In this document: piece by piece, positions 18,501 through 26,578 of the stretch | Position numbering within the stretch: the stretch's first letter is position 1 | Layout of the letters: every line of letters starts with the position of its first letter | IMG/VR virus record: IMGVR_UViG_3300016467_000949 | Span: 1-58,876 of that record | Strand: one strand, 5' to 3' | DNA: 58,876 nt | From: a virus | Taxonomy: Duplodnaviria > Caudoviricetes | Notes under the pieces: generated by a model | The model's input: only the letters and a program-made list of their open reading frames with translations | What the model was told of the DNA's origin: nothing | Database searches by the model: none | Program-made: the position numbers and the translations under genes

Positions 18501-20008
18501 GCTCCACTTCCGCCGATGCTTGGACTGTTGAATTTGACGGCTCTGGTCTTTTAAGTGTCTATATTTGGGCTGTAGGTGGCGTGTTGGGAAGCAATCAACC
18601 AATGCCATTAAATGTTTGGACTCATGTGGCATTGGTTCGGGACGGGTCTACCTTGTCTCTTTTCATAAACGGTCAATTAGAAGACCAACTAACAAATTTT
18701 ACGGCGAACATAGCCTCAAATCCCAACGGTCCTGTTGTGATAGGCTGTGGGTGGTACGACAGAAGCGCTCGTTTCTTCAACGGCTACATAGACGACCTCC
18801 GCATCGTCAAAGGCATGGCCGTCTACACCGGGCCGTTCATTCCGCCGAACAAACCGCTCACCGGCATAGCGTCTCCGAAGCCAACAGAAGTTCAGGCGGC
18901 TTTGCTGCTTCATTTTGGCGGGCCAAACGGGAGCTCCACCTTCAAAGACTCCAGTCCAAATGGCATTTCTTTGACAGCAAACAATGTGGTAATCAGTTCA
19001 GAAAATAAGTTCGGCGGATCAAGCGGTTATTTCAACGGAGGTGCTGTTTCTACCTTGACCACTGCGGATGTGCCCGCATTTGGCTTCGGCACGGGTGACT
19101 TCACCATAGAGATGTTTGTGAAACAGCAAAATGCAACCCGCAATTCAGTTTTGTCCATAGGCACATATCAGGATGGAATTTTGTGGCGCCTCACGCCCGG
19201 AGTTCCCGATTCGCTGTATCTGGCCATAAGCGCTCCCGGAGGCAACTATTGGGATTGGGATGCGAAGTCCGTGCCGATCAATGTGTGGTCTCACATCGCA
19301 CTCACCCGCCAGAGCGGCACGTTGCGGGCATTTGTTGACGGAGTCAAGGTATTTGAGCAAACGGGCGTCACGGTTGATCTCGGAGCCTCAAGGCCATTGA
19401 CAATTGGCTGTGGAGCGCACGAATTAAGTTCCACTGACGCCTATTACGGACACATAGACGAACTAAGGATCATAAAAGGATATGCCGCTTACGCGGATCC
19501 TTTCACGCCCCCGAAAAGACCATGGAATCCGATTGAGTCCGTATACGAAGAAGTCCTTGGCTCCGTTCCGGGTTGTGTTGATCCTTCGGCGATTAATTAC
19601 AACCCATCCGCGAACTCAAACGACGGAAGTTGTCAATATGCAGTCTACGGATGCACCGACTTTAGCGCATGCAACTACAATCCTTCCGCCACGATAGACG
19701 ACTACACATGCCTGTACGCATATGACACCGGATCATACGCATGCGTGGGATCGCCCGGATGGTGCCAGATTTCCACGAATGTAATATACGACCCTTGCAC
19801 AGGAAGTTATGTCGGAGGCACTAATTACACCTTTGACGGATCATGCTATGACGGGTGCATCTTCGGTTGCAAGGACATGCTCGCAGCAAACTACGATCCC
19901 AGTGCCGAGATAGACGACGGCAGCTGCTGCTATGCAGGGTGTACTGATCCTGCCGCCACCAATTACAATCCAGCCGCATGCGGAGACGACGGAAGTTGCG
20001 CATACTAG
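15467..20008 (+). CDS. large LamG/concanavalin A-like repeat adhesin or fibre protein (5' end disrupted)
   Basis: six LLLHF.G..FT[IV]E.W..W.H[VL]A..G[YH]IDD.R..KG.AVY repeats plus four C-terminal GCxD..A.NY.P.A repeats; frame is open from 15467 and begins with the tail of a seventh repeat; first start codon is TTG 15617 inside a repeat. Confidence 0.8.
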   Translation, partial: CKIEYNFAGYVDDLRVAKGLAVYSGNFIPPRGPLAPYARPEPVAAQASLLLHFDGDFADSSENNSTFTSHGQPATSTDQSKFGGSSGYFDGSSYLTAPFDDQFVFGTGDFTVEGWIYWNQASQGPLIAAGAGFNGPGPWHVWALNPRADQSLVYWSRINEQAEAGMFYIECPYSFSTNKWYHVAASRFKGTTRVFVNGTEIGSAPDDTDYSVVGGSNDNSIHIGYWFTGLGYQYHNGYIDEIRVTKGVAVYTKNFAPPIAPPDPIVRQGEVSSVPASLLLRFEGENNSTSFKDSSVNALTLTANGNAKISTEQSKWGGSSGYFDGNSSVALGATGATLHGSAEDFTIECWVWPEQFSISSTTIFGTRPVAPFEDNCLILALDASGQPFVHTNATVLLTGGSVAAQQWTHLALTRQGNIFSLFANGVLLNQATVSFVLASSETALLGWEPRGERGKFYGYIDDFRIVKGLALYTENFTLPTAPVAAVVRPPEGEPASLLLHFDGPSGSTNFKDSSPNALTVMQNGTAQISTTQSKWGGSSGYFAGDNNYVYTNTSPAFNFTGSFTIETWVYWLGGNFYDFILDFRPTGNFAFLFQNGQFYPFFGGTDWGGGGDAIPANEWVHVAFVYDGKDCRMYANGVLYRTVTEPNMTQPACPALVGQRFEGDLHSFNGYIDDLRITKGLAVYTDTFVPPTAPLSPYAQPAELAAQASLLLHFDGNFNDSSGNNLTVTPNGSAHIDDNFKFGTQSALIGSGDDITISDASVINFGDGDFTVECWIFVDLASSSNQYVWDMGANQGQIQIIPENSYNGPLFVTWAGTIIGGQTPITSNQWTHLAVARHNGVTTLYINGVAVGSTPDTSNYAGTTLKLGSYGGGGYNLHGNIDDFRVVKGLAVYTGNFIPPEAPLSPIAKPKPVEAQSSLLLHFNGANGSTDIKDSSVNALTVTANGDAVISASQGKFGGASGYFDGDGDYLLINSSPEVELGSENFTIELWYYALTTSSTPYPSLISKGEQGSTSADAWTVEFDGSGLLSVYIWAVGGVLGSNQPMPLNVWTHVALVRDGSTLSLFINGQLEDQLTNFTANIASNPNGPVVIGCGWYDRSARFFNGYIDDLRIVKGMAVYTGPFIPPNKPLTGIASPKPTEVQAALLLHFGGPNGSSTFKDSSPNGISLTANNVVISSENKFGGSSGYFNGGAVSTLTTADVPAFGFGTGDFTIEMFVKQQNATRNSVLSIGTYQDGILWRLTPGVPDSLYLAISAPGGNYWDWDAKSVPINVWSHIALTRQSGTLRAFVDGVKVFEQTGVTVDLGASRPLTIGCGAHELSSTDAYYGHIDELRIIKGYAAYADPFTPPKRPWNPIESVYEEVLGSVPGCVDPSAINYNPSANSNDGSCQYAVYGCTDFSACNYNPSATIDDYTCLYAYDTGSYACVGSPGWCQISTNVIYDPCTGSYVGGTNYTFDGSCYDGCIFGCKDMLAANYDPSAEIDDGSCCYAGCTDPAATNYNPAACGDDGSCAY

Positions 20009-20034
20009 ACCAATTTTTAAACAAGGAGTGAAAA

Positions 20035-20376
20035 ATGTCCCTACTTAATAAACCCGCCCCCGTGACACCTACCCCCTGCATGATTGCGAGTAAACTCAAG
20101 GCCCAGGCCCGTAACACCTATGGTTCCCTTGCGAGACTGTTCAACGAAGGATCAAAAGAGTTCTGGCAGAACAGCCATGCGACACCAGAAGCAATAGCAT
20201 CCTGCCTCGGCAAGGACGGTGCGGAACTCTTCCGCCTTCACGGACTGATCGGACAACTTCTGACGCAGATAGACCCGACTTCAATATCCGAGGGGGCCGC
20301 CGTGGTGGGCAGTTTTTCCTACGCCCAGGACGGAAGCCTCGTAATCCACAAGGCGAGTTCTTCCAGCTCAATGTGA
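20035..20376 (+). CDS. hypothetical protein
   Basis: AAGGAG RBS, 113 aa. Confidence 0.7.
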   Translation: MSLLNKPAPVTPTPCMIASKLKAQARNTYGSLARLFNEGSKEFWQNSHATPEAIASCLGKDGAELFRLHGLIGQLLTQIDPTSISEGAAVVGSFSYAQDGSLVIHKASSSSSM

Positions 20377-20393
20377 TAAAATATTTTTTTATG

Positions 20394-20403
20394 TAAATAA
20401 ATA
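20394..20403 (+). promoter_or_regulatory. putative late promoter
   Basis: overlapping TAAATAAATA before ATG 20430. Confidence 0.45.
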
Positions 20404-20429
20404 CATGTGTAATTTAAAGAGGATGAAAA

Positions 20430-21242
20430 ATGGGGATTAAAATATCTGATCTTCCTTCGGGATCCGCTGAACAGACGGCCTTTGCCCCCGTCACGAACGC
20501 GGCTGGCACCGAAACTCGCAAGGTGACCCTCATGGGCATCGCTTCGCTCGCGACGAAGCAGACCGTGGGTCTGGCGAACGTAGACAACACGAGCGATGCA
20601 AACAAACCCATCAGTGCCGCCACGCAGACGGCTCTTGACCTCAAGGCGCCTTTGAACAATCCGACTTTCACTGGGACTGTCGGCGGAATAACCAAGAGTA
20701 TGGTTGGATTGGGCAATCTTGACAACACCAGCGATGCCAACAAGCCTGTGAGCACGGCTGTTCAGACGGCTCTTGATTCTAAATTGTCAGCTTCAGGCGG
20801 CACAGTGCAGGGATACTTATCTTTTGTAGAAGATGAAATTTCTGTATCTCCTTTGACTGTTTCCCCCACAGGGATCATGTTCCCAGACGGCACGATTCAG
20901 ACCACGGCCGCAAGCGGCAGCGCGACGGTGGTTGACCTGCCGTTTGCTAATCCGCTAGTCACAGATGCCAGCACAGGCGACATCTTTGACGTGACTTTGA
21001 CCGGAAACACGACCCTCGCTAACCCGACGAACCCCGTCAACGGACAAACAATACGCTGGCGCATCACGCAGGACGGCACCGGGAGCCGTGCGGTGACTTT
21101 GGGCAACAAGTTCGTGATTCCTTCGTCCGCAACGAGTCCGCTTCCGTTCAGCACGGCGGCGAACAAGATGGACATTCTCGCCGCGACCTATCATGCGGGT
21201 CGGGACAAGTGGGACATCATAGCATTCGTAATGGGGTACTAA
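20430..21242 (+). CDS. tail-fibre-like protein, MGIKIS family copy 2
   Basis: two VGL.N[VL]DNTSDANKP repeats, FPDGTIQTTA, ITQDGTGSR C-terminal module. Confidence 0.75.
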   Translation: MGIKISDLPSGSAEQTAFAPVTNAAGTETRKVTLMGIASLATKQTVGLANVDNTSDANKPISAATQTALDLKAPLNNPTFTGTVGGITKSMVGLGNLDNTSDANKPVSTAVQTALDSKLSASGGTVQGYLSFVEDEISVSPLTVSPTGIMFPDGTIQTTAASGSATVVDLPFANPLVTDASTGDIFDVTLTGNTTLANPTNPVNGQTIRWRITQDGTGSRAVTLGNKFVIPSSATSPLPFSTAANKMDILAATYHAGRDKWDIIAFVMGY

Positions 21243-21245
21243 TTT

Positions 21246-22625
21246 ATGGCAGACTTATCGGGCTACACGCCGATCTACGTCAGGACTACCGGCAACGACA
21301 CGACCGGGAGCGGTACGTCAGGATCGCCGTACGCAACTGCCCAGAAGGCGTTTGATATCGCGCTCGCGGCTGCTTCTGGCAACTACGTCATTGACCTTGG
21401 CGTTGGATCGTTCGGCGGCGTCGTTCTGACAGGAAACTGGCCGTCACGGATTGCAGTTCGCGGCGTTAGCGCAGCGCAGAGCAATCTCGGCAATATCTTT
21501 GGCACTGGCGCAGATGCGACTGGAGACGAAAGTTGCGAATCCACTACCGCCGCCGTTGCTTTGTCCGTCAGCATTGTTGGCAACAAAAGTGCAACGCTTG
21601 GAAACATCACGCTAGTCGGCGGTGACGATCCTACCACCTGCGGCATTGGCGCTGCGAACGGCGGGTCAGTCTCTCTGACTGACTGCGTTTGCGGCAACAT
21701 TTCTTTGACTGGCGGCTACAACGAGTCTTTTTCTGGCTCGGGCGGATCAGTTTCTCTCCAGGGTTGCGCGGCTGGCAATATCACTGCAATCGCCGTAGAC
21801 AGCATACTTTCGTATTCAGGCTTTACTGGCGGCACGGTGGCCCTCAACCAATCGCAGGCTTTGAACATCGTCGTGTCTGGTTCTCGCGGTATGGATTTTG
21901 GTGGCGATGGTGGCACTGTCACGCTCATTCAATCCCAGGCAGGGAGCATTACCAGCAACGGGGGCTACTCTATCACCGCAAGCGGAGATGGCGGAACGGT
22001 TACTATCTCTGACTCGAGTACTTGCGGGAACATTTCTGCCACCGGAACTACTTCGGATGCGGACGGCGGCACCGGCGGCGATGTTACTGTCACCGCGAGT
22101 ACCTCTGGAAACATAGATGTTTCTGGCGGCTACGGCTATAACCTCGCTGGCAACGGCGGAACCGTAACGCTCAATCAAGCGCAAGCAGGAGACATCGTGA
22201 GCAACGGCGGTCAGGGATATGAAAACCCTGGCGATGGCGGGCCTGTGACAGTTTCTAACAAGAGTGTATGCGGAAGCATCGATTCAAATGGCGGATACGG
22301 CGATTACATCGGCTCAGGCAGCGGCGGCGATGTAGTTGTCAACAACAGCACGGTCGGCAATATTTCATCTGTAGGTTCTTCTGGCGGAAACAACGGCGGG
22401 CCTGGAGGGACTGTCGCAGTCGCAGACGGAGTCTGCGGAAGCATTATCTGCCGTGAAACATACGGAGGCGTAGACCCTGACGCTGGCGCTATTCACACTG
22501 GCGTTGTTACGCTGTCGGGTTACACTACAATACCTAATTCCATCGTAGTCGGTGACGAGTTGATTACGACTAATCTCAAAAAAGGCCGCGGCATCAACGG
22601 CTCAAGCATTCTTGGTGTTTTTTAG
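21246..22625 (+). CDS. Gly-rich beta-solenoid-like fibre/spike protein
   Basis: YVRTTGNDTTGSGT..PYAT N-terminus; repeated GG.V.[LV]....G.I...GG units. Confidence 0.7.
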   Translation: MADLSGYTPIYVRTTGNDTTGSGTSGSPYATAQKAFDIALAAASGNYVIDLGVGSFGGVVLTGNWPSRIAVRGVSAAQSNLGNIFGTGADATGDESCESTTAAVALSVSIVGNKSATLGNITLVGGDDPTTCGIGAANGGSVSLTDCVCGNISLTGGYNESFSGSGGSVSLQGCAAGNITAIAVDSILSYSGFTGGTVALNQSQALNIVVSGSRGMDFGGDGGTVTLIQSQAGSITSNGGYSITASGDGGTVTISDSSTCGNISATGTTSDADGGTGGDVTVTASTSGNIDVSGGYGYNLAGNGGTVTLNQAQAGDIVSNGGQGYENPGDGGPVTVSNKSVCGSIDSNGGYGDYIGSGSGGDVVVNNSTVGNISSVGSSGGNNGGPGGTVAVADGVCGSIICRETYGGVDPDAGAIHTGVVTLSGYTTIPNSIVVGDELITTNLKKGRGINGSSILGVF

Positions 22626-22634
22626 GAGGTATAC

Positions 22635-22901
22635 ATGAATCTTCCAAATCCAGTCCAACTCACTATTCCCGGCAACAATAGGTTGCATACGTTCGCAGAA
22701 TTGCCGCTCACGCTCATTGACGAGGAGCGGCTGAAGCGAGTGCAAGCACGACTCAGGACATTTCCGCGCCTGCTGACACTGTGGGAAGGCGCAGCCTACG
22801 ACGCCGCCGGCGACTATACGCAAGCACAGGCGGAGGCAAGGGTACTGGAACTTCTTGGACCTGACATCAAGGCGGGGCTGGAGAGGTTGTTTAACAAATA
22901 G
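22635..22901 (+). CDS. hypothetical protein (possible fibre chaperone)
   Basis: AGGAGG RBS; follows fibre gene. Confidence 0.7.
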   Translation: MNLPNPVQLTIPGNNRLHTFAELPLTLIDEERLKRVQARLRTFPRLLTLWEGAAYDAAGDYTQAQAEARVLELLGPDIKAGLERLFNK

Positions 22902-22926
22902 CCTCACTTGTTCGCAATACATACTA

Positions 22927-22954
22927 TTGCACCTTAATTATATTCTGCTAGAAT
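22927..22954 (+). promoter_or_regulatory. sigma70-like promoter, probably leaderless thyX mRNA
   Basis: TTGCAC-16 nt-TAGAAT with extended TG; ATG 7 nt downstream. Confidence 0.55.
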
Positions 22955-22961
22955 AGTCCGA

Positions 22962-23606
22962 ATGAAAGCAGAACTTTTAAGTCATTTCGGTGACGATTTG
23001 ATGGTCGTCAATGCCGCAAGGGTAAGTTACGGCAAGAGCAAGGAGGTCCTAGATGACAAAGATTCCAGGCTCATAAAGTTTCTTGTGGATCACGGCCACA
23101 CTTCTCCCTTCCGCCACCCCCAGTTGCAGTTCAGGATACAGTGTCCCATATTCGTGGAGAGGCAGCTCTTCAAGCACCAGGTGGGCCTAACAGCCAACAG
23201 CATAAGCGGACGCTATGTTGACTTCTCGGATGAGTACTGGATTCCGGAGCAACTCAGGCTTCAGTCCAAGGACAGCAAGCAGGGAAGTGCCGGAGACGCT
23301 TCTCCTTCGGACAACTCTCACTTTTTGACAAGAATCAACTGCCTTGTATCCCAGTGCAAGGAGCTGTACGAGGACATGGTGGCCGCAGGAGTGGCAAAGG
23401 AGCAGTGCAGGATAATACTCCCGCTCTGCCTAGAAACTCAGTTCATATGGACGGGTTCTCTTGCAGCATTCCTGCATCTCTGGAGATTGAGGCTGAAGCC
23501 AGATGCTCAGAAAGAGACAAGGGATGTCGCCCAGATGATGTTGGATGAGGTGCGGAGCCTCCCTGGCAATCCATTCCGCCTCACGCTGGAGGCGTTCGGG
23601 CTTTGA
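22962..23606 (+). CDS. thyX: FAD-dependent thymidylate synthase
   Basis: VNAARVSY, GHTSPFRH, RQLFKHQ..NSISGRY, LRL..DAQKE. Confidence 0.92.
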   Translation: MKAELLSHFGDDLMVVNAARVSYGKSKEVLDDKDSRLIKFLVDHGHTSPFRHPQLQFRIQCPIFVERQLFKHQVGLTANSISGRYVDFSDEYWIPEQLRLQSKDSKQGSAGDASPSDNSHFLTRINCLVSQCKELYEDMVAAGVAKEQCRIILPLCLETQFIWTGSLAAFLHLWRLRLKPDAQKETRDVAQMMLDEVRSLPGNPFRLTLEAFGL

Positions 23607-24955
23607 ACGAGTTGATTGATCGTCAATTCAATTGCCGTCCGAGAGTCGCCGTCTTCGGGGATGCGATGCTGGACGAGTATTACGAGGTATCCGCGGACAG
23701 GGTCAGTCCAGAATTCCCGATACCTGTATTTCACGCTCCTCATGATGTTCCCGGGATCGTTTTAGGAGGAGCCGCGAATGTCTGTCGGCAGTTTTCCAAC
23801 TTTAATTTTGATGTCAGTCTGTTTGCCTTGACCAACGAGAAGATCAAGTACCTCGCCGGCGGAATAGACATGGAAGGGTGCATTTTCTCAAAGAGGGTTC
23901 CAGTCAAGAAGAGGTTCTACAGCGATGGCTTTCCTCTTTTCCGCTTTGATGTGGAGACTGGTGATTACGGACTGGAGCCTGAATCATTGAAGAGACTGCA
24001 GGATAAACTTCTGGAAAAACTCCTTTCCAGGGATCCTTTCAGCGTCGTCGTCTTTTCGGACTATGACAAAGGACTCTTCCGCGGGATGGGCGACTTCATC
24101 GGACGCATCGATGAAGGAACGATCACCATAGTGGATCCCAAAAAGGCCCCGGCCTCCAGATGGAGGGGATGCACCATAATAAAACCCAATGCCCGCGAGG
24201 CAGCGGAGATGAGCGGCCAGTCCGACTGGAAAAGGCAGTGCGATTTCTTCATGCGGGAGACGGGCTGTCAAGCGGTCGTCATAACGCAGGCCGGGGAAGG
24301 GGTTGTGGGAAATGTCCAAGGTGTCTGGTTCGAGCACCGCCCGACCTTCAAGAAGGCTCCCAGGTCGGTTGTCGGGGCTGGAGACGCCTTCATCGCCTTT
24401 CTTGCCATGTGCATGGCTCATTCCATAGACATCCGCAGAGCGGTGGAGATATCCTTTGAGGCTTGTTCTTTGTATGTGGACGAGCCCAGAAACCGTCCTT
24501 TGTACCCCTATCAGATATCTCCTTCTAAATGTGTAGACCCCCGAATGCTCATAAAAAGGGATTTTTCCCTGGCTTTTACAAACGGATGCTTTGACATTCT
24601 CCATCCCGGCCACTTGGAACTTCTCAAATTCGCCCGATCCAAGGCGGACGGGCTCGTGGTCGCCCTGAATTCAGATGAAAGCGTCAGGAGGCAGAAAAAG
24701 AGCCATCCGCTCATCAATTCGCTCGGGTACAGGAAATCCATGGTTGAGGCCCTGGGATGCGTGGATTTCGTGGTGGATTTCAACGAGGACACGCCGTACG
24801 AACTGATAAAAAAGGTGGCTCCTGATGTATTAGTGAAGGGTTCCGACTGGACCGACCCAGTGGGTTCCGACCTCGTTGCGGAGGTTCATTCTTTCGGCCT
24901 CGTGGACGACCACTCCACGACCTCCATAATAGAGAAAATCAGAGCCGGCAACTAG
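23603..24955 (+). CDS. hldE: bifunctional heptose-7-P kinase / heptose-1-P adenylyltransferase
   Basis: GDAMLDEY..RVSPEFPIPV..GGAANV, SDYDKG, GAGD; FTNGCFDILHPGH, LNSDESV, STTSII. Confidence 0.88.
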   Translation: MNELIDRQFNCRPRVAVFGDAMLDEYYEVSADRVSPEFPIPVFHAPHDVPGIVLGGAANVCRQFSNFNFDVSLFALTNEKIKYLAGGIDMEGCIFSKRVPVKKRFYSDGFPLFRFDVETGDYGLEPESLKRLQDKLLEKLLSRDPFSVVVFSDYDKGLFRGMGDFIGRIDEGTITIVDPKKAPASRWRGCTIIKPNAREAAEMSGQSDWKRQCDFFMRETGCQAVVITQAGEGVVGNVQGVWFEHRPTFKKAPRSVVGAGDAFIAFLAMCMAHSIDIRRAVEISFEACSLYVDEPRNRPLYPYQISPSKCVDPRMLIKRDFSLAFTNGCFDILHPGHLELLKFARSKADGLVVALNSDESVRRQKKSHPLINSLGYRKSMVEALGCVDFVVDFNEDTPYELIKKVAPDVLVKGSDWTDPVGSDLVAEVHSFGLVDDHSTTSIIEKIRAGN

Positions 24956-24963
24956 ATACATCC

Positions 24964-25254
24964 ATGTTGAAATTCAGCGAATGGATGGAGCTAAAAGAAC
25001 AGATGATCGGAACTGCGGCCGCAGGCGTATCCGGTCTGATGAAGAAACCGGGCATGTCGGGCTTCGACAAGACCAAGAAGAGGATAGACCAGACCATCAA
25101 GGGTCTGTTTCTCAAAGGAAACACCAAGCAGGCATCCAAGCAGGTGGACACGATCATAAACGGAGAGATCAATAACGCATCCACCGGCCTTGAGGACGCG
25201 GCAAAACTCGCCGGCATGAGGGACTCCATAAAGAAGAGTCTTTCTTCCCTATGA
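24964..25254 (+). CDS. hypothetical protein, possible internal virion protein
   Basis: N-terminus MLKFSEWMELKE; CTAGATA 5 nt upstream. Confidence 0.65.
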   Translation: MLKFSEWMELKEQMIGTAAAGVSGLMKKPGMSGFDKTKKRIDQTIKGLFLKGNTKQASKQVDTIINGEINNASTGLEDAAKLAGMRDSIKKSLSSL

Positions 25255-25436
25255 ACTTCCGCGAGTGGCTCGTGAGCGAGGGTGGCCGTGGTTCTGGCAC
25301 CAAGTTCACATCTACGGGCCTTAATGCGGGGGGTCAGGCCCAGAGCGGAATGACGTTCAGGATGTCTGTGAAACCCGCAAAGCCTTTTGTTCCCCGCATA
25401 AAAACGAAAATAAGGCCGTGGAAGAGCTCTATTTGA
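25251..25436 (+). CDS. small basic protein, possible internal virion protein
   Basis: N-terminus MNFREWLVSE; ATGA coupled. Confidence 0.6.
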   Translation: MNFREWLVSEGGRGSGTKFTSTGLNAGGQAQSGMTFRMSVKPAKPFVPRIKTKIRPWKSSI

Positions 25437-25439
25437 TGT

Positions 25440-25901
25440 GTGGACAAAGATTTATCAAATATCACGATAGTGTGCGAGTGCCTTCCTTGCCATGACTGGA
25501 TGGCATTCGCCTCGTGGTACTCCTTGAGCAAAAGACTGCCTGACTCCAAGATTTCAATAGAATGCCGTCACTGCCACCTATTCGGCTGGGCAAGGCGACT
25601 TGGGGTTGCAATAGTGCTTTCCGGGACGGGTTTCAAGATACCCCCCACCGTCATGGCGGTCAGGGACTTTGACGGGGATGTGTCTATATCCTCATCTAAA
25701 GGTGAAACGCAAACTTGTTTCGTTGATTATTCCCAGGGATGTGGCAATTTTGTTGTGGATGACTGGATAAATAACAGCAAGGTTCCCTTCTTCAGCGCGC
25801 TGAAAAGGTTTGGAACCGGCAGCTTGACCGTCAACGAGATGGCCATCCTGAATGTCTGGGAGCAGTGTCACAACCTTTACCTGCACGCGGGAGGGCAATG
25901 A
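25440..25901 (+). CDS. hypothetical protein
   Basis: 153-aa ORF in operon. Confidence 0.65.
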   Translation: MDKDLSNITIVCECLPCHDWMAFASWYSLSKRLPDSKISIECRHCHLFGWARRLGVAIVLSGTGFKIPPTVMAVRDFDGDVSISSSKGETQTCFVDYSQGCGNFVVDDWINNSKVPFFSALKRFGTGSLTVNEMAILNVWEQCHNLYLHAGGQ

Positions 25902-26170
25902 AAAGATTCTATTTCGGAAATGAAGACGGCGACGAGGACGAAGACGAGGATCTGGATGACCCAAGGTTCATGATGCCCGACCCATCCGAGTTCATATCCA
26001 TGGCCAGGCTAGACAGCCCGGACCAGTACCTCCTGGAGTGTTCTTTGAGGATGTGCGAAAGAAGTATTTTTTGGAGGTTTTTCAGCGTGGAAAGGAAGAC
26101 TTCTATGGTGAGCAAGGTGTTTTTAGATCTTAGAAAACTAACGGAAGGAATGGACGATGCCCAGATATGA
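25898..26170 (+). CDS. hypothetical acidic protein
   Basis: GGAGG RBS, ATGA coupling. Confidence 0.65.
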   Translation: MKRFYFGNEDGDEDEDEDLDDPRFMMPDPSEFISMARLDSPDQYLLECSLRMCERSIFWRFFSVERKTSMVSKVFLDLRKLTEGMDDAQI

Positions 26171-26507
26171 GATGCAGTGTTTGAAGTGCGAGGAGGTGTA
26201 TGACGTGTGGTGCAAGATCTCCGACAAGGACGAGTCCGTAAAAAAGGCCGCTTGTCCCTCTTGCAACTCAAAGAAGAAGGAGGAGATATTCGGATGCCCC
26301 TCCGTAAAGTTCACAAATCCCGTCGGAACCGACAGGTGGAACAGCGAATCCAAGGGTCACGACTACAGGTTCAAGTACAACATGGATAAGCCGGGAGGGC
26401 CGCGGGACCAGCGGGCGGCGGCGGCAAGAGCCTCCAAGGTCGGAGCCGAACCATACAGAAAGATAGACGACATATCCAGCGGAAAGCACTTCGGCGAAGT
26501 GAAATGA
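26157..26507 (+). CDS. FmdB-family zinc-ribbon protein
   Basis: MPRYEMQCLKC...CPSC. Confidence 0.75.
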   Translation: MPRYEMQCLKCEEVYDVWCKISDKDESVKKAACPSCNSKKKEEIFGCPSVKFTNPVGTDRWNSESKGHDYRFKYNMDKPGGPRDQRAAAARASKVGAEPYRKIDDISSGKHFGEVK

Positions 26508-26578
26508 GCTTGATTTTTGTTTTGACTTTTGTCATACTAGTCTAAATGTAAAAGGGCGACCACGGAAAGGAACCTGAC

